A stretch of 64,000 bases of DNA from the NCBI GenBank assembly GCA_905178155.1, contig CAJINV010000005.1, positions 8,872,449-8,936,448 on the forward strand, given 5' to 3'. Source of the stretch: Amoebophrya sp. A120 (taxonomy: Eukaryota; Protista; Dinoflagellata). Position 1 is the stretch's first letter; each line of letters opens with the position of its first letter. Both the position numbers and the translations under genes were made by a program. The notes under the pieces are model-generated. The model ran no database searches and was not told where the DNA came from. It saw only the letters and a list, made by a program, of their open reading frames with translations. Of the stretch, positions 1 to 13,561 are shown piece by piece.

Positions 1-136
1 CAATGTGCTCCCCCGGAATGGTTGGATCATTTTTTCTTCTAGCTGGACAGCTGGAGGCCTACGCCTACGTGAATGGAGCTACAAATTCAACCCACACGTA
101 TTTTCTTACCCTCCACTGCAGCCTCGACGAAACAAA

Positions 137-2888
137 TCATTCCGCCCGCACGTCCCGTGCTGCCTCGACAATCTATGCTGTGCAAAAGTATCGTACTAGT
201 AGTACTTGCATTACAAATTACCTCAGCGTGACAAGTGGAATTTGTCATGCTGTTTTACCTTGGGATGGAGATTTGTAATGCATGTTCGCAATTACTACGA
301 GTACGGTACTTTTGCACAGGATACGATCTCCAGTGTTTCGATGATCATCTCTGTCTGCAGTATGGAGTTCTTCCCAAGCGTTTTATTCTCAACTCTTGCA
401 TGATTTTTGCAATGCAGAGTTGCCATCAGTCTACTCCACACGAGGATGAAGCTGGCACGCATGGAAAATTCTGGAAGGGGTAAATAGCATGGATATTATC
501 TGTTCCCAATTTGTAATGCAAGAGGCGCAAAATGTCCCCGGCAAATTTTGATGGTCTTGCACTACAAACCCATGCAAGAACCGTTGAGAACGCAACGCTT
601 GAGAGCGCCATATGCAGTTGCTGCCACTTGTGTTTCTTCATGCTCCCTTCGATTTCTGCCGCCAGAATGCATTGCAAATATGTCTGTGTCTGGAAACCGA
701 AACTTGTGATGCTAATTTACGAATTGTGAGGGCAGCACTCCAATAGGCAGCCACGCATGACAAGTTTCTGGGCTCCTTTGTGGTTGTTTCGCTTTATTCC
801 GCATGACGAGCTACATTTTAGGCGTCGAGAGACTCTTTTCCTGCTCCCGCATGACAGGTTCAAGAGTCATGTGAGACAAGCATGACAAACTTGCAATCTT
901 CCAGAGGACCCAGACATATTCGCATTTGATAGCCAGAATGGTCTCGCCAAACAGACAGGGTTTGCTGCGCTCCACGAGATGCTTCACGCTTACTATGGAT
1001 GGGAGAAAGGATTTTTATTTTTGTATCACGATGGGTTTTTTGATTTTGTCGCAACAAGCTCTTTCGCGTGACAAATTCCATTCTGCAGGAGGACACGAAA
1101 GAACGGTTTCTTGTCCTGCTCCTGATTTATCAATCATAATCTTCACGCGTGGCCATTATGAAGACAAAATGAAAATCATTCCCCTTCTCCCTTCCATACT
1201 CAAGTCCATCTATCAAATGTAAAAATGTCTGGGTCTGGAAGAATCCAACTTGTAATGCTGATTTTGGATTCTAAAAAAATCTGTATTGCATGAGCAACAA
1301 AGAGGGTCCAAGTTTTGCTACACGGAAAGAGCATTTGTCATGCGGTATAGGCATCAGGAAGCCCTCACAAAATCTGTGACGCTAGGGCATGCAGCACAGA
1401 CATCAGGAGTCATGCAAAATGTGCATGACAAACCTGGCAATCTTCCAGACCCAGACATTTTTACATTTGATACCATCTTTCTGCTGACCATCTCTGGAGT
1501 TTCTATTCCCGCCCACTTCTTCAGGTAGATCGCACAGTATGGAGTTCTCAAACGTTCCACTCTCAACTGTTACATGAATCTGTAATGCAAGAATAGAGAA
1601 AAGAAAAGCGGAAATGGGAAGCTACTTGCGCGCTATGCATTACAGGTTTTTCACAGATTCGAATGCCGTGTAGCGCTTTGAGAACTTGTCATGCGAAGCG
1701 GCCTGATCATGTAAATCTTGATGGCAATTTTGCATGACAAACTGAAGGCATGTAAAAGTTGAGAATGCAATTCTCGAGAACCCCATACGCAGGCCCGGGC
1801 ACTGGTAAAGGCGATCACCTCGTTCTCGGGGCACACGTGCGCCCGTATGTCCGCGTATTTTTCCACGGCCTCGTTTGCGATGCCGGTGGGCTATGAAAGT
1901 GCACAACTCGTCCCCATCCCCCTCATTTGTGATGTTGCATGAACAGCAATACAAGCATCAGCAAGAATACAATTTTTGCATGACAAATTTAGACAGGACT
2001 GTGGTCAGGAAGCCCGAACTTGTCATGCAAACAGTGCAAAGAGCCAAGGCGTAAATTAGGTACTTTGCATGACAAATGTGGGGGAGGGGGACGAGTTGCG
2101 CACTCTCATATGGGCACGTAGTGAACGACAAAGAGTGGCGTGACGGCTACCGAGCCGCCCGGGCGCTTGGTAAACTGGTTGTAGCAGGTGGTTATGCATT
2201 GCAAATACATGTCTGGGTTCTACTCTGGATTTGTGATGCAAGATGTGAAGGACGCCATAAGATCTGTGATGCGGGAATTCTATGCATCGCCAGTTCTTAT
2301 TTTGTCGTGCTGCTGGAAGCCAGTTTGTCATGCGTCTTGAGGAATGCATCTACTGCAAGCCTGAAAACTTTCTGATGCTGTTATGCCGTACAAGCGGCTA
2401 CGCTGTGATGCGGGTATCAGCAACACAAATTTCTATTTCTACACGCAGACTACAACATATTTGCAATGCATAGTGATCACACCGGATCGCTCATAATTGT
2501 AGCTCCACGACCACCCGCTCCTTTCGCCGATCCGGGCCACCACGCACCAGGGCCGCAAATCCCGGCGGATCTCCCTGCCAACAAATTGCTGTACCACATC
2601 GGTTATGAACTGCAAAAGTATCGCACTCGAACTCGTATATTTGCATATACAAATTCCCTCAGGCAGCATTAGGCATAAAATTTGTAATGCTGATTTACCC
2701 TAAAAAAACGATTTGTGATGCATGATAGCTTGCAATACGAGTACGAAGATACTTTTGCAATGCATATCGGTGATCAAATGTACGTGGGACCCCGGCGGTT
2801 CCCGCCCGAGCACCTTGGCCGGGGATGTGTGCCGTGGGGTTTCGATCACACCGTCCTCGTCCGTGAGTGATGGTGTTGAGGTGGACAT
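137..2888 (-). CDS. Hypothetical protein (~232 aa), 10 exons split by 9 introner elements
   Basis: Removing each TIR element plus 5 nt joins MSTSTPSLTDED...HLITD|VVQQF...GVIT|CYNQF...YVP|TGIANE...ARAC|AIYLKK...RKM|DLS|VKHL...ILA|AEIEGS...STVL|..TEMIIETLEI|VEAARDVRAE*. Exon total is 699 nt. The junction near 573 is the least certain. No family recognised. Confidence 0.7.
174..323. mobile_element. Introner, family B (TIR TAT...TGCAAAAGTATCGTACT)
   Basis: Ends tatgctgtgcaaaagtatcgtact / agtacggtacttttgcacaggata; flanks caatc/cgatc. Confidence 0.85.
361..573. mobile_element. Introner, family G (TATGGAGTTCT), degenerate right end
   Basis: Same left end as the element at 1538; carries TGTNATGC motifs; right boundary inferred from frame restoration. 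Confidence 0.5.
666..931. mobile_element. Introner, family A (TIR ...TGCAAATATGTCTGGGTCTGGAA)
   Basis: Perfect DR gccag (661-665, 932-936); ends aatgcattgcaaatatgtctg / cagacatattcgcatttgata. Confidence 0.9.
994..1198. mobile_element. Introner, family F (TIR TATGGA.GGGAGAA)
   Basis: tatggatgggagaa / ttctcccttccata; flanks cttac/ctcaa; removal keeps frame. Confidence 0.8.
1211..1472. mobile_element. Introner, family A, young copy
   Basis: Perfect ~30-bp TIR tatcaaatgtaaaaatgtctgggtctggaaga; perfect DR ccatc. Confidence 0.95.
1538..1787. mobile_element. Introner, family G
   Basis: tatggagttctc / gagaaccccata; DR cacag/cgcag. Confidence 0.85.
1892..2110. mobile_element. Introner, family E (TIR TATGA.AGTGC.CAACTCGTCCCC)
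   Basis: tatgaaagtgcacaactcgtcccc / ggggacgagttgcgcactctcata; perfect DR tgggc. Confidence 0.92.
2193..2472. mobile_element. Introner, family A
   Basis: tatgcattgcaaata / tatttgcaatgcata; DR gtggt/gtgat. Confidence 0.88.
2604..2766. mobile_element. Introner, family B
   Basis: tatgaactgcaaaagtatc / gatacttttgcaatgcata; perfect DR tcggt. Confidence 0.9.
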
Positions 2889-4283
2889 GACGATCTACTA
2901 TATGTGTTGGAGCTTTTGGTACGGTGCTCTACTGCCGCACTGGATGAACTCTTTCGTTTGATAGTTGTACGAGCGGGCCCACAACAGGGGAAAAAAGTTG
3001 GAGAATGTTAGGCACAGGGTAAAAATTGTATTATATTCTATGTACTGCGGAGAATGAAAGAAGAGTCGTATGAAAATGATCCAAGTTCGCGCCATTGATC
3101 GTAGCAGTGTGGAACAGTTTGATACGCTTCTGCGCGGGCCAGAATAGATTCTAGGTCGACTCGAACCGATCCAACCAATGTGAGGAAGAGCCAAAAGGGT
3201 ATAGAAACCGAGGTATGATGGCGAAGCCCTGAAATTCGTATAGAAGACCGAACGGCTACTGCTTTTTGCGACATAAACCGACAAGAACGAGTTTGCGAAG
3301 TGGGCGTGGCCGCGCAAAAGCTAGCCAAGCTATAGAAAGTCGACTTCCTTGGTTGATGTGGTACTTTCCTGTAGTTTGAAAACCAATGATGAAGCGGGTT
3401 CTACGCCGCGGAGCCGCGCATAAGCAGTGCTCTGATCTGTGTGGCCGTATGGGCACTGCATCCCACACGACACAAGTGCAGATCCTGCGCGACGAACACT
3501 CTATACGCAATGAGAATGAATATGAAACGGACAAAGCTACGCTTCATGAGCAACCGAGACTGCTGCGCGGGTGGCGCACAGATAACCACAGCACTGCTTA
3601 CCCGACGCTCATATTTGAGATGCGACTATTTGAGCCCGAAGCCGACGCGAAACAATATTTGTAATTTTATAGTCCTTGTTCATCACAACTGGCTTTATTC
3701 ATTCTCGTCGTGCTAATGATGGTCAGTCCTGACCATGGCATTCAGCCTTCTAGCGAAGTAGCTCAAAACAGATGATTGTTCGTACATTGCGGTCATCTGG
3801 AGGCAGGACAACGACAAATAAACATCTTACAAACATTATTTTGTACCCAAAACTCTTCAATAATTTTGCAGCACAAGAAAAAGCACGATAAACGGAAATA
3901 GACACTTTCTGCAGCCCGATCCACCCGGTTTTTACCGTTCTGCTTTCCTACAACGGTTTTCTAAAACTTGTAATCGCCGACTTCATCAATTCTTCTGATC
4001 CGCTGGTACGATTGCGGATTCCACCGCCGTGCTCACGCTTCCGTCGTTTGCCAATGAGATGATACGTCTTGTTGAGAAGTCCGCCTGCTTGTCTCTCGGT
4101 GTTCTCGTCGCCCTAGAATCGCGGTGGTTCAAATAAAAAGCCGCCGCGGACAAACGGGGTGAAATCCGCGTCGCCCGGTCGCGCGTTGGCAAAGCCCGCA
4201 AACACCATGAGAGCCGCCAAAACGATGGCCCTGGTTTGGTTGTTTTGGATAGACATGTCACTACAACTACAATTTTCATTCTA

Positions 4284-5201
4284 CTAGCATATCTTCTTTA
4301 CTACACGTGGAATCCATTGCAGCACAATGTGATACTCGGCAAAGAAATAAAGGTCGATGTACGTTATCGCGATGCACAGAGCAGCCTTGAGGTAACCAGC
4401 CCAGCCGCAGAGTTTGCTGAGCAGATCTGTCCCGAAATGCTGCAGACCCGTCAGAGTGGCCTCAAACATTTTCCCTACTGGTGTAGCTCCGACGAGGCTT
4501 CTTGAGCACAACACTTCTTCCAGTTTCCTAGTGTACTCACCGACTGATTTGTAGGTTACATCCGCCTCGAGAAACAGATTCACCTGTTGCTCCAACGTTT
4601 CTACCTCCTTCACCCGCGCCAGCAGCGTCGCGACCGCACGGTCACTCCACTTTTTCGCCTGCAGAGCTTCATGCTGGTCGAAGTCGTCCTTCTCCTCCTG
4701 TAGGATGTAGTCCAGTACGGCATCTAACTTCCACCACAGAGAAAACTTCTCTGCACAGTAGCTCCGAAACACGTAGTTGCAAAAAAGGTCCAACATCGCC
4801 TCTTCAATCGGAGTAAACACCAGAATATCCTTCTCTGCACCGCGCGCGGGCGTCCTGCTTCGAAGTTCGTCCTGGAGGTTCGAGCGGTACCTCATGATGT
4901 AGCGTCTAGCCTCGATCATCTTCGCGCCCGCCGCTTCTGCTTTCGTCACTATCTCGTCCCACGTCGGATACGGGGCGATCTGCAATTGCTGGGTTTGCTC
5001 GGGCGGTCGCAATTTGAAGTTTATCAGGGTGATGACCTCTCTCACAGAGCTGAGGGTGCTGCAACACATCGTGTCGACAAGGAACATCACGCGCGGGTCT
5101 ATTTCGACAACATCGCCCGGCCGCACCCCTGCCGCTGGTGCGGCATGCTGTGCCGGCTGTTCTTGCGACATATTTGCGGAACCAGCAGCTGCTGCGGCCA
5201 T
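4284..5201 (-). CDS. Intronless hypothetical protein, 305 aa, apparently helical
   Basis: Uninterrupted ATG-to-stop ORF with protein-like composition, same strand as neighbours; no motif recognised. Confidence 0.6.
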   Translation of the reverse strand: MAAAAAGSANMSQEQPAQHAAPAAGVRPGDVVEIDPRVMFLVDTMCCSTLSSVREVITLINFKLRPPEQTQQLQIAPYPTWDEIVTKAEAAGAKMIEARRYIMRYRSNLQDELRSRTPARGAEKDILVFTPIEEAMLDLFCNYVFRSYCAEKFSLWWKLDAVLDYILQEEKDDFDQHEALQAKKWSDRAVATLLARVKEVETLEQQVNLFLEADVTYKSVGEYTRKLEEVLCSRSLVGATPVGKMFEATLTGLQHFGTDLLSKLCGWAGYLKAALCIAITYIDLYFFAEYHIVLQWIPRVVKKIC

Positions 5202-7503
5202 GAGGTGGTTTTCCAGCTATTCCAGCGACATAGTCGAATTTTTTTTCGTTTTCCCTGCTTCCATTACATCTAGAAACTGAAAGTCCACTACTTAAGATCT
5301 CACGGTCTAAGTATACCCAGCGATGTTGAAGCGAAAATCGGAAAGAGGAGTTGCAGACGCTGCTTTTTCGTAATTGCTCTCAACCTGAATGTGCAGTACA
5401 AGCTCGACACTGCTCTCCTCCTACGAGGGCAACGACAGATACACCACTGAGGGACGACGAAACCATACTGGGGGGAAGAGTGCGAAACATTCAACGACTT
5501 ATCGCAAAGAAGCTTCTTGGTGACGACTTGCGTCGCAGTGATGCAAATGGCGCTCTCACGACAGTTTCTCTCAACCAGGGGTTTTCTTTGCTGTGGTTTT
5601 GTTACAATCAGCTCTCAATATGGACAACAGCACGAGTCCTACATTGCCGAACAATAGCCGATTGATGTGCTACTTCCACATCCCGCTGACATTTTTGAAG
5701 CGTCTCCTGAGTGGCTTCGGCTAGGCCAACTTTTATTGAGTACTCGTATATGAAGATGTTGATCTTGATCATTATCACTATAAAAGAACGTCTTCTTACT
5801 CCACGACCGTTTCTCCTTGCTGTGTTTGAAGACCGCTCAAAATCTGCCGTATTTCTGGTATGGATCGCAAGAGCTCAGTGTGTCCGTACGAACCTGAGTT
5901 CACGTGTGAACGGCTTCGTCGTAGTAGGGTCCACAATTCCATGGCCGACCTACTACGAGCTGCTTCACTTGCCAAAAAACAAGGGAAGTCCACATCTTAC
6001 TGCGTAAGCATATTTATTGATATTGGATCGATGTTTATGTTTTTCTTTCCTATTGCTCTTCAGCTATGCAAAGAAGGTAACACTGACATTACTTCTCATC
6101 GGTTTGATAAGAGCTCGGATCAACTTGCCCGAAACCTCCGCGAGGTCGGCGGCTGGCTCCGTTCTTGTCGTGGCACTGCTGGTGCTAGAGCTAGTGCTGC
6201 TGGCACTAACCGGACTGCAATTCGACTCTTCACCGCTCCAAACCAAACGATACAGGATCAATATTGCATGAAAACCGTTCTACCAAGCAAAAACATAAAC
6301 AATGCATGTTGCAGTTCACCTGACATTATAGATACCTCAAGATGTTTATTCTCCATGGGCTTGGGGTGCATTCACACCTACATATAAAAATTGCTTAAGT
6401 AATTTCATGCTGAAGTTTCCTTTGCTGGGGCGAGCGGGTTGCTCAACTGTCGTAATAAATGCGTTCAACACCAACTTATCCAAGCGGATTCTACCTAATC
6501 CAGATTGAACATGTCTAGTCCGCATCAGACCAAGGCTCTTGCATGCTGTCTGTACTTCGTAAACCCTTTGAACTTGTCAAGTTGCCAGGTTCCCCCCAGG
6601 GGCCAAAATGCTTGCACTGGGCGAAGGAGGCAAATCTGGCCCATTGAAGTGGCAACCAGGCCAATTTGCTTTTGCAGGGCGCCCGAGGTGCAGGAGATAC
6701 CTCGAGCACGCCTCACAAACAATGCCCCCGACCTAGGACAGGTCAAACCTCAGAAACAATGCCCCGGATATGATTGTCCCCATTCCGACGGAGTAATAAA
6801 GTGTGGCAGCATTGCGAGGATTTCCCAACCCTCGTGCAAAGAAAGACGTACAGAAAAAGGCAAAAAAAAAAGGGGGTTCCTCCAAGACAGGACGGTGTAG
6901 TGGTGTCTGAGAGGTTTTTCCCTCGGTTTTTCCGCGGAAACCCTCCGCAGAACAAGGAACAAATAAAAAATGAGGCTCCCCAGGGGAAGACATGACACGG
7001 CAACCGCAACGGCATCGGCTCCATCATGCATTACATACAAGGCAATACTGCCCCAGTCTCACCACTTTTGATAAGCCTGTGCGAAAACTGAAAACCCCAG
7101 CAGAATAAAGAGCCAGCGTTTGTTTTTCACGCACCACGGGACAAGGTGCGCCAGCAGCTGTTCAGCAAAGGTTGTAAAATTGTATGCAGGTGAAAAAATT
7201 GAAGCGCCGGCTCTTTCAAATACTCTTCGAGACCTAGACCAGTCAGCAACACGTCTCGCTGGCTGTGGACCAGCTACCAGCGCAGGAGCCCACTTCCTGT
7301 TCTTCACGAGAGGAAATGCAAGTGGTCAACTAGTACGCTCTTTGGCTGTTTCGCTGACGTCCACTTTCATGAGAACATGCACGAAGCGGGATTGCATCAG
7401 ATCAATCTACTTACTACCCTGCACAGCAAGTGGAATAGCCAAGAAGATGTTCTACAAAAACTAAGAGTCATGAAAGACCACTTCATTGTGAAAAGATTAG
7501 GGT

Positions 7504-7700
7504 TCATTCCCAAAGCTCGTCGGTGCCGGGTTTCCGCAACGAGGACACCGCATCATCCGCCTTCTTCGCCGCATCGTGGGCTTTCGACGAAGCTGCTCCT
7601 GCTTTCGCAGCGGCGTCTTCAGCTTCCGTTGCTGCCCGCGAAGCTGTTTCTGCCTTTCCGGCTGCCGTCTCGCCGGCCGTCTTTATTGGAGTATGGCTCG
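7504..7700 (-). CDS. Probable terminal exon of an Ala-rich low-complexity protein
   Basis: Frame PIKTAGETAAGKAETASRAATEAEDAAAKAGAASSKAHDAAKKADDAVSSLRKPGTDELWE*, next to an introner; 5' part not resolved. Confidence 0.4.
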
Positions 7701-7736
7701 TTCACGCAATGAAACAACAACAATCTGTCTCGTCAT

Positions 7737-7890
7737 TATGAATTGCAAAAGTATCGCACTCGTATAAACGCATTACAAATTTCCTCAGCATGAGAAATAA
7801 AAATTGTAATGCAGATTTGCCTTGGGAAAGATTTGTAATGCAAGACTTGCATTTTTTATATATACGAGTACGATACTTTTGCACAGGATA
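7737..7890. mobile_element. Introner, family B
   Basis: tgcaaaagtatcgcactcgtata / tatacgagtacgatacttttgca; perfect DR gtcat. Confidence 0.92.
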
Positions 7891-9577
7891 GTCATGTGGT
7901 GGCAACAATACAATATCTTTGAGATCTTGCGATCTGAAAACTGTCCGATAAATTTTCTTGTGGGTGTTTGAGAATGAGTTGTAGTAACTTTGTAAGTTGT
8001 AACAGTAAGTAAGAGATTTTACTACTTTCTTATATGGCTCGGTGAATTCCGTTTATTCCGATTCCTCTTTCACCTCCAGAATTGTTTTTCCATGTTCCAC
8101 AAAGCAACAAGTACGAGTCCTCGCATCCTTCTTTCTCTTTCGCATGATGCTACCCATTACTTTGGTTTACACTACTGAAAAGTTCAAGATTGTGGCTGCA
8201 CGTGCGCGCGCCATATGAATCAACTGCAGCCTTCGCCTCGCAATGTGTCCTGCGGAAAATTGCCTTTCTCCCCAACGAAACAGACACTCAAGTCCGAAGA
8301 AAAAAATTTTTACATGAAGAGCCAAGGCAAGTGGCGTTGGATTGGTCTAAAATCCATCGGAATACATCTGCTCTTATCATTCTTCTCCAGACAGACATAA
8401 ACCTAAACGCATGAGCATGACAAACAACAAAACGAAAATAAGTTTTTCTGTGAAGACGGTGGTGGAGAGAAAGGAAACAGTGCCGTACCAGCCAAGGCCA
8501 ACGCAGATCCGGCTTGTCGCTCCGCGTCCCGACTCCGCTTCTTTGCGCCTTCCGCGTCTTCTTATCACCGAAAAAAATCCCTCTCCCGTTCATATAGATA
8601 AGTACGCAAAATCTAGTACCACTACCAGCCAGGTATCGTTGTATGTATTTGAGACGATGCCTATTCGGCTACACGACCCGTTTCGTTCTGTAAGTAGGAT
8701 CGGACAGTGCCTATTCTCCGCACGGCCTGGGTTGGGCAGTGGTGCTGTTGCCCCTTTGCATCTATCGCGTATACGCGCGGGCAGCTGTTGCTTCCGTTAT
8801 TTTTCGCCTGACATAATGCATTTCTACCCAAAAATGAAAATCAGTGATGTTGATTCAGCATGACAGACTTTGCTTGGATCTGCGAATTATATAGAAAGAC
8901 GAGGAGAATTTTTTCATTCTGAGACCCCCACCGCTGCGTTCACGCGTTTTGAGACTTCGTCGAGCGTGTCTCGGGTTTCATCGAAGTTATTTCGACTGAG
9001 CTGCAGTGCGTCATGAAGACGTATCCCGTGCAAAACGCGATCCTTCCCCCTAAATCCCAGGTGGTGACGACACCTGCAGTGCCCTTTGTATGTTCAATGA
9101 CCTTTTCTATGGGGCGTTTGAGCTCTACAACTTGCTCAAGGATTTCAGTTTTTCAGCCTAAAAAAGCTTCTTTCCACCCTGAGTATACGCCCTTTCAATT
9201 TAATGAACGACCTCTGTATGTATGATATCGCCATCGCTTGTTTTCGAACGGCTGAAGAAAAAGCCCGGATCGGATATGGAGGTGCACAAGCCTCCCCCCG
9301 CTCTTTTGCATGGCATGGACAATCAGTGCGTCTTGCGCATCACAAATCAAAGAAATCTAAATGTTGATCAAAGTGAAGCTTCGCGGTCAACCGAAAACTG
9401 TCATGCACAGAGTGCCAGAAGAAGACACATGGAGTGGAAGTGGATTTCAAATTTTGCATGACAAATGAGGACGGGGAGGAGACATGGCGCAGTCTCATAA
9501 AACAAAAACCGGGTGATGAATTTGCAAAAAAACGCATGCGGAGGCACCGTGGATCATGCGGTCGTAGGGATCGTTCT

Positions 9578-9839
9578 TATCAACTGTAAAAATGTCTGGC
9601 TCTGGAAGAATCCAACTTGTCATGCTGATTTTGGATTCTAAAAAAATCTGTATTGCATGAGCAGCAAAGAGAGTCCAAATTTTGCAGTACGGAAAGAGCA
9701 TTTGTCATGCGGAATAGGCATCAGGAAGCCCTCTAAAAATCTGTGATGCTAGGGCATGCATCACAGACTTGCGGAGTCATGCAAAATGTGCATGACAAAG
9801 CCGGCAATCTTCCAGACCCAGACATTTTTACATTTGATA
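9578..9839. mobile_element. Introner, family A, near-identical to 1211-1472
   Basis: Same length and end-to-end similarity to 1211-1472; DR gttct/gctct. Confidence 0.93.
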
Positions 9840-11797
9840 GCTCTACACAAGCTACCATCCCCTACCGTCCTCTCCACCGCAGCCAGGCGATCCGCATCCC
9901 TCGCTGGTGCCAGTTGCATCTCCCAGGACGTTGCTGAAACGACAAGAGCAGACGAAAGAGACACTGTTCAGAAACAGACAAGCAAAATACGACACATGAA
10001 AGCGGCCAGGCGACGGATTGACAAACAAATGATCAAATAGACGGAGAATCAATCACGAAATGTATCGATGGACAGGGATCGGCCTTCACACTTGCCCGAA
10101 AATCAAAATTTACAGAGTCTAGGTGTTTTCGAAGGTTATTACACTTACAGTGCTAATTACATGGAAAGTAAATCGACGACTTTTGAACAGAAAGAAAGAG
10201 TCTAACAGGGACGAACAACTGCAATTTACATACTCGCAAGAACTGAGCCGAACATAGAAAAAACAGGCACGGAGGATTACTAGAACACAACATCACATCC
10301 ATCAAATAAGTGCCGTTGGAAGGTGATCAGGAAATAACTTCTTTCCGCTTCAAGGCTCTCTCGCATTTTCTCTTCCAACAAATAGAAATGTTTTTTTCTT
10401 CCATCGAATAGAAGGCTCTTTACATCTTGTGAGTATGTTAGTGCTTTGCTCCAGTAGATGAGGAGAAAAAATCAAGTTGGATCTTCTCTATGACGACTGC
10501 ATTTGCATATCAAAAAATTAAGGCGCAGCTCCCGTCTCGTGCCTCGAGATTCGAATTGCAAACAAGTTGTTCAAAACTATCTAGATTCGGGGTCGACGGC
10601 GTTGAGCATAAAAAAGAAGGAGACTCATTCTTGTCTGCTCTTACCCCTAAACCACCTAATCCTCTGTTCTGTATTTTGCAATGAATTTCGAACCTGCAAC
10701 TCGAGCTGTGCGAGCTATTTCTGTCATAGTGAACTCTGACCAGAAAACGCAAGCACCGCGAGAAGCGACCTAAACATTGAAGGAAATGGCTTCTGCTCCG
10801 GTTTCTTAACCCTACGCGCCGGTAAATTCCTAGTACGTAATCGAGGGCAAGTGACAGAGGCAGCTTGTGCTATTAGCGACCTCGTGAGGAGAGCAAAAGC
10901 ACACTATCGAGTCAGTCGGTTGCGTGTGTCATGGTACCTCTTTAATACACCGATACGTGCTAAATAGTAAACCTAAAACCTGCTGTTGTGAAGCTTTTAA
11001 TAACCCTGTTGTAAAGCTAACCACCTACAATACGTCTCTAAGCCACCTCGTTAATAAACCTGTTGCAAAGCTAGATACCCTCACGAAAAATTGATGCTGG
11101 TTGTTTTGTTTTCCTTCACGAAAATTGATACTTTTTACCGTTGCCGTTGTTATTGAGAAGTTAAAAGTTGGCGCGTTGATGTGCCAAGCGGACGATAAGG
11201 GGCTCTCCGCTGCTCGTGGCACGTCTACTCGTTTCTTTTCGAAACTCACTCCGTCGTCGCTCCGCCACTCTCCGCACCAGTCAACCTATGGAAGCTGAGT
11301 CTTGACTCAACTGAGCGCATTTTTCTTGAATGAGTAGGGGTCCTGCCTGCTTCATTCTCGTACGTCAGAAAAGGAACGACGCCACCTAAGTAATGCACTT
11401 GCCCGCGGATGCATACATCTTTCGGGCGTGTGACTTACCAAGAAACACTCTCGCAACGCCACCTAGATCTACAAACATCGCAATATAGAATGCACAGTAA
11501 GGCACTGACGTGCCAGCTGCAATCGAGTCCAGGACTTTCTTGCGGATAGGACAACGCGCCCTCTTCCATGCGTGGGTTTCCCCACGTCTTGCTCGGCGGA
11601 TTCTCCTCCGCTAATTTTTGTTGTATTGGTTTCTTAATAATTTTGAGCGCTTCAATGATTTTTTCAACCGACTCTTCTATCAAGGTAATTGCATTCTTCT
11701 ACTTAGTTCGCATGACAAGTGGCAAAAGTGTCAAGAAACGCTGCACCTTTTGCCAGGTTCGCCTTCAACCGATAGTCCCGCTTCGCGTTGCGGTTCT

Positions 11798-12138
11798 TAT
11801 CAAAATGAAAAACGCCCTGCCCCCAGAAGATGCAAATGCTTGCGTTACAAAGTTTTCCAAAGGAACCCTTTTATGTGTTCTCACATGAAAGGACAAAACG
11901 CAGCCACGTTAGTCCATTTCCGTTCGTTAGAAAAGCAGCCCCCGCATGACAGGCAGTGCTCTTGCTGAGACATTGTTTCGATTGCAGCACGAATCTGCCC
12001 AATCCTGCATCGAAAGTTTCCGCTTCTTGCTGCGCAGCAAGATGGGCAGAGTCTCCACTTGGGCATAGCATTGCAACGCAAACATTTCCAAATTCTGTGC
12101 GCAGGAACGTCTCTCAATGTGATAGATTTTCACGAATA
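11798..12138. mobile_element. Introner, family C (TATCAAAATGAAAAA), degenerate
   Basis: Left end matches 40888; right end ttttcacgaata; flanks gttct/tttcc. Confidence 0.55.
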
Positions 12139-12171
12139 TTTCCGTGAAGCTCGCACAGTAGTCCTTGATGG

Positions 12172-12434
12172 TATGCGTGGCAAATATGTCTAGGCCTGGG
12201 GAAGACTCACTGGAACTTGTATGTAATGCTGGCCTTCATTTTCTGTGAAATCTGTATTGCATGACCACCAAAGCCCGCAGCCTCTTTTGTCAATCAAAAA
12301 CGCAGTTTCTCATACGGGGTATGCGTGAGAAACCGTTCTGAAAAGTTGTCATGCTTGGCTGCATTCGGACATGTTTCCATCATCGACACTGTAGCATCAC
12401 AAGTTTCCAAGCCCAGACATACTTGCATTTGATA
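12172..12434. mobile_element. Introner, family A, degenerate
   Basis: gcaaatatgtctaggcctggg / cccagacatacttgcatttgata; DR not conserved. Confidence 0.7.
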
Positions 12435-12852
12435 TTTCGTCGTCTTCGTCAGCTCGTTCAACTTCTCGTATGAAACGAAACCTCAGGACCTCCAAATGCA
12501 GATCTCCGCCACAGGTAGACGAGTAGCTACTACAGTCCCCTCGCCCCCCATGAGACTGCACAACCCCTCCTGACCCTCATTGTTTGTCAGACAAAGTGCG
12601 TAATTCTATCTGAGCCCTGTGGCTGTGCCTGCATGACCAGTTGCATAAGCCCCTACAGAACTATTATCTGGATGTGGATTTGTCATGCAAAAATAGCATC
12701 ACTCTTCAGGTAGTTTGCGGTGTGAGAATAACTACTATTCAAATGAGGGGGGAAGGGAGTTGTGCAATCTCATGCCCGGCCGCCAAAGGCGTGAAACTCT
12801 CTCCACCATGACCTGCTCGTCTTTATTCATAAATTGTTCTAGCGCTTCATAA

Positions 12853-13131
12853 TATGCATTGCAAAAATGTCTGAATCTCGAAGGATGCCAACTTGTTATG
12901 CGGACTTGAACAGAAAAAATCTATGGTGCATAACCAGCAAAAGCTGTCCGATTGTTTTCTCGAGGGCGGTGAATTTCTCAAGCAGACTAGGCAAGAAGAG
13001 CCTCCTACAGAATTGGTCCTGCTCTGCGTGCATTCTCCACCACCCTGTTGCAAAGAAATGCAAAAACAAAAACTGCATGACAAATACAAGACTCCGCCCT
13101 CTTGCAGATCCAGATATATTTGCATTTGATA
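12853..13131. mobile_element. Introner, family A
   Basis: tatgcattgcaaaaatgtctg / cagatatatttgcatttgata; flanks cataa/catgg. Confidence 0.8.
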
Positions 13132-13561
13132 CATGGCCGCGGGGTGCAAAAATGTCTAAACCGAAAGAAAAACTATAAGGCTAGGCACGACGTAGGTGCA
13201 ACAGGAGGACCCGGGTTGCAGGCGATACAGCACTGACGTTCGGATCGTATTTCTCGTTCTCCAACCACGCGTACGCCGCCTCGAGGGCTGTTCATTTATT
13301 TTTGTTGGGCATTGTTTCCGAGAGAAGAGCCACACATGAAACACGAGAAAAAAAGAAAAAGTGGCATTACCAAAACCGCGCCACGCAGACAAGCTCCCAA
13401 GCTAACGAAAAAACGAAAACAATGTATCTATAGCTCCCAACCAGCGACTTCAGTAGAAAAAACTAAAACAGTGTATTGTAATACTAAATTGGTTGGCGTC
13501 CCATGCCGCCACTTCCGTGGCGGTGAAGCCGCGCAACGTGTCGCCGCGAATGTTTCTGATC

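Noticed and set aside
1286-1528. Recurrent peptide LPDPDIFTFD / NVKMSGSGR in many ORF-track entries
   Set aside because: It is the translated family A TIR, not a protein domain.
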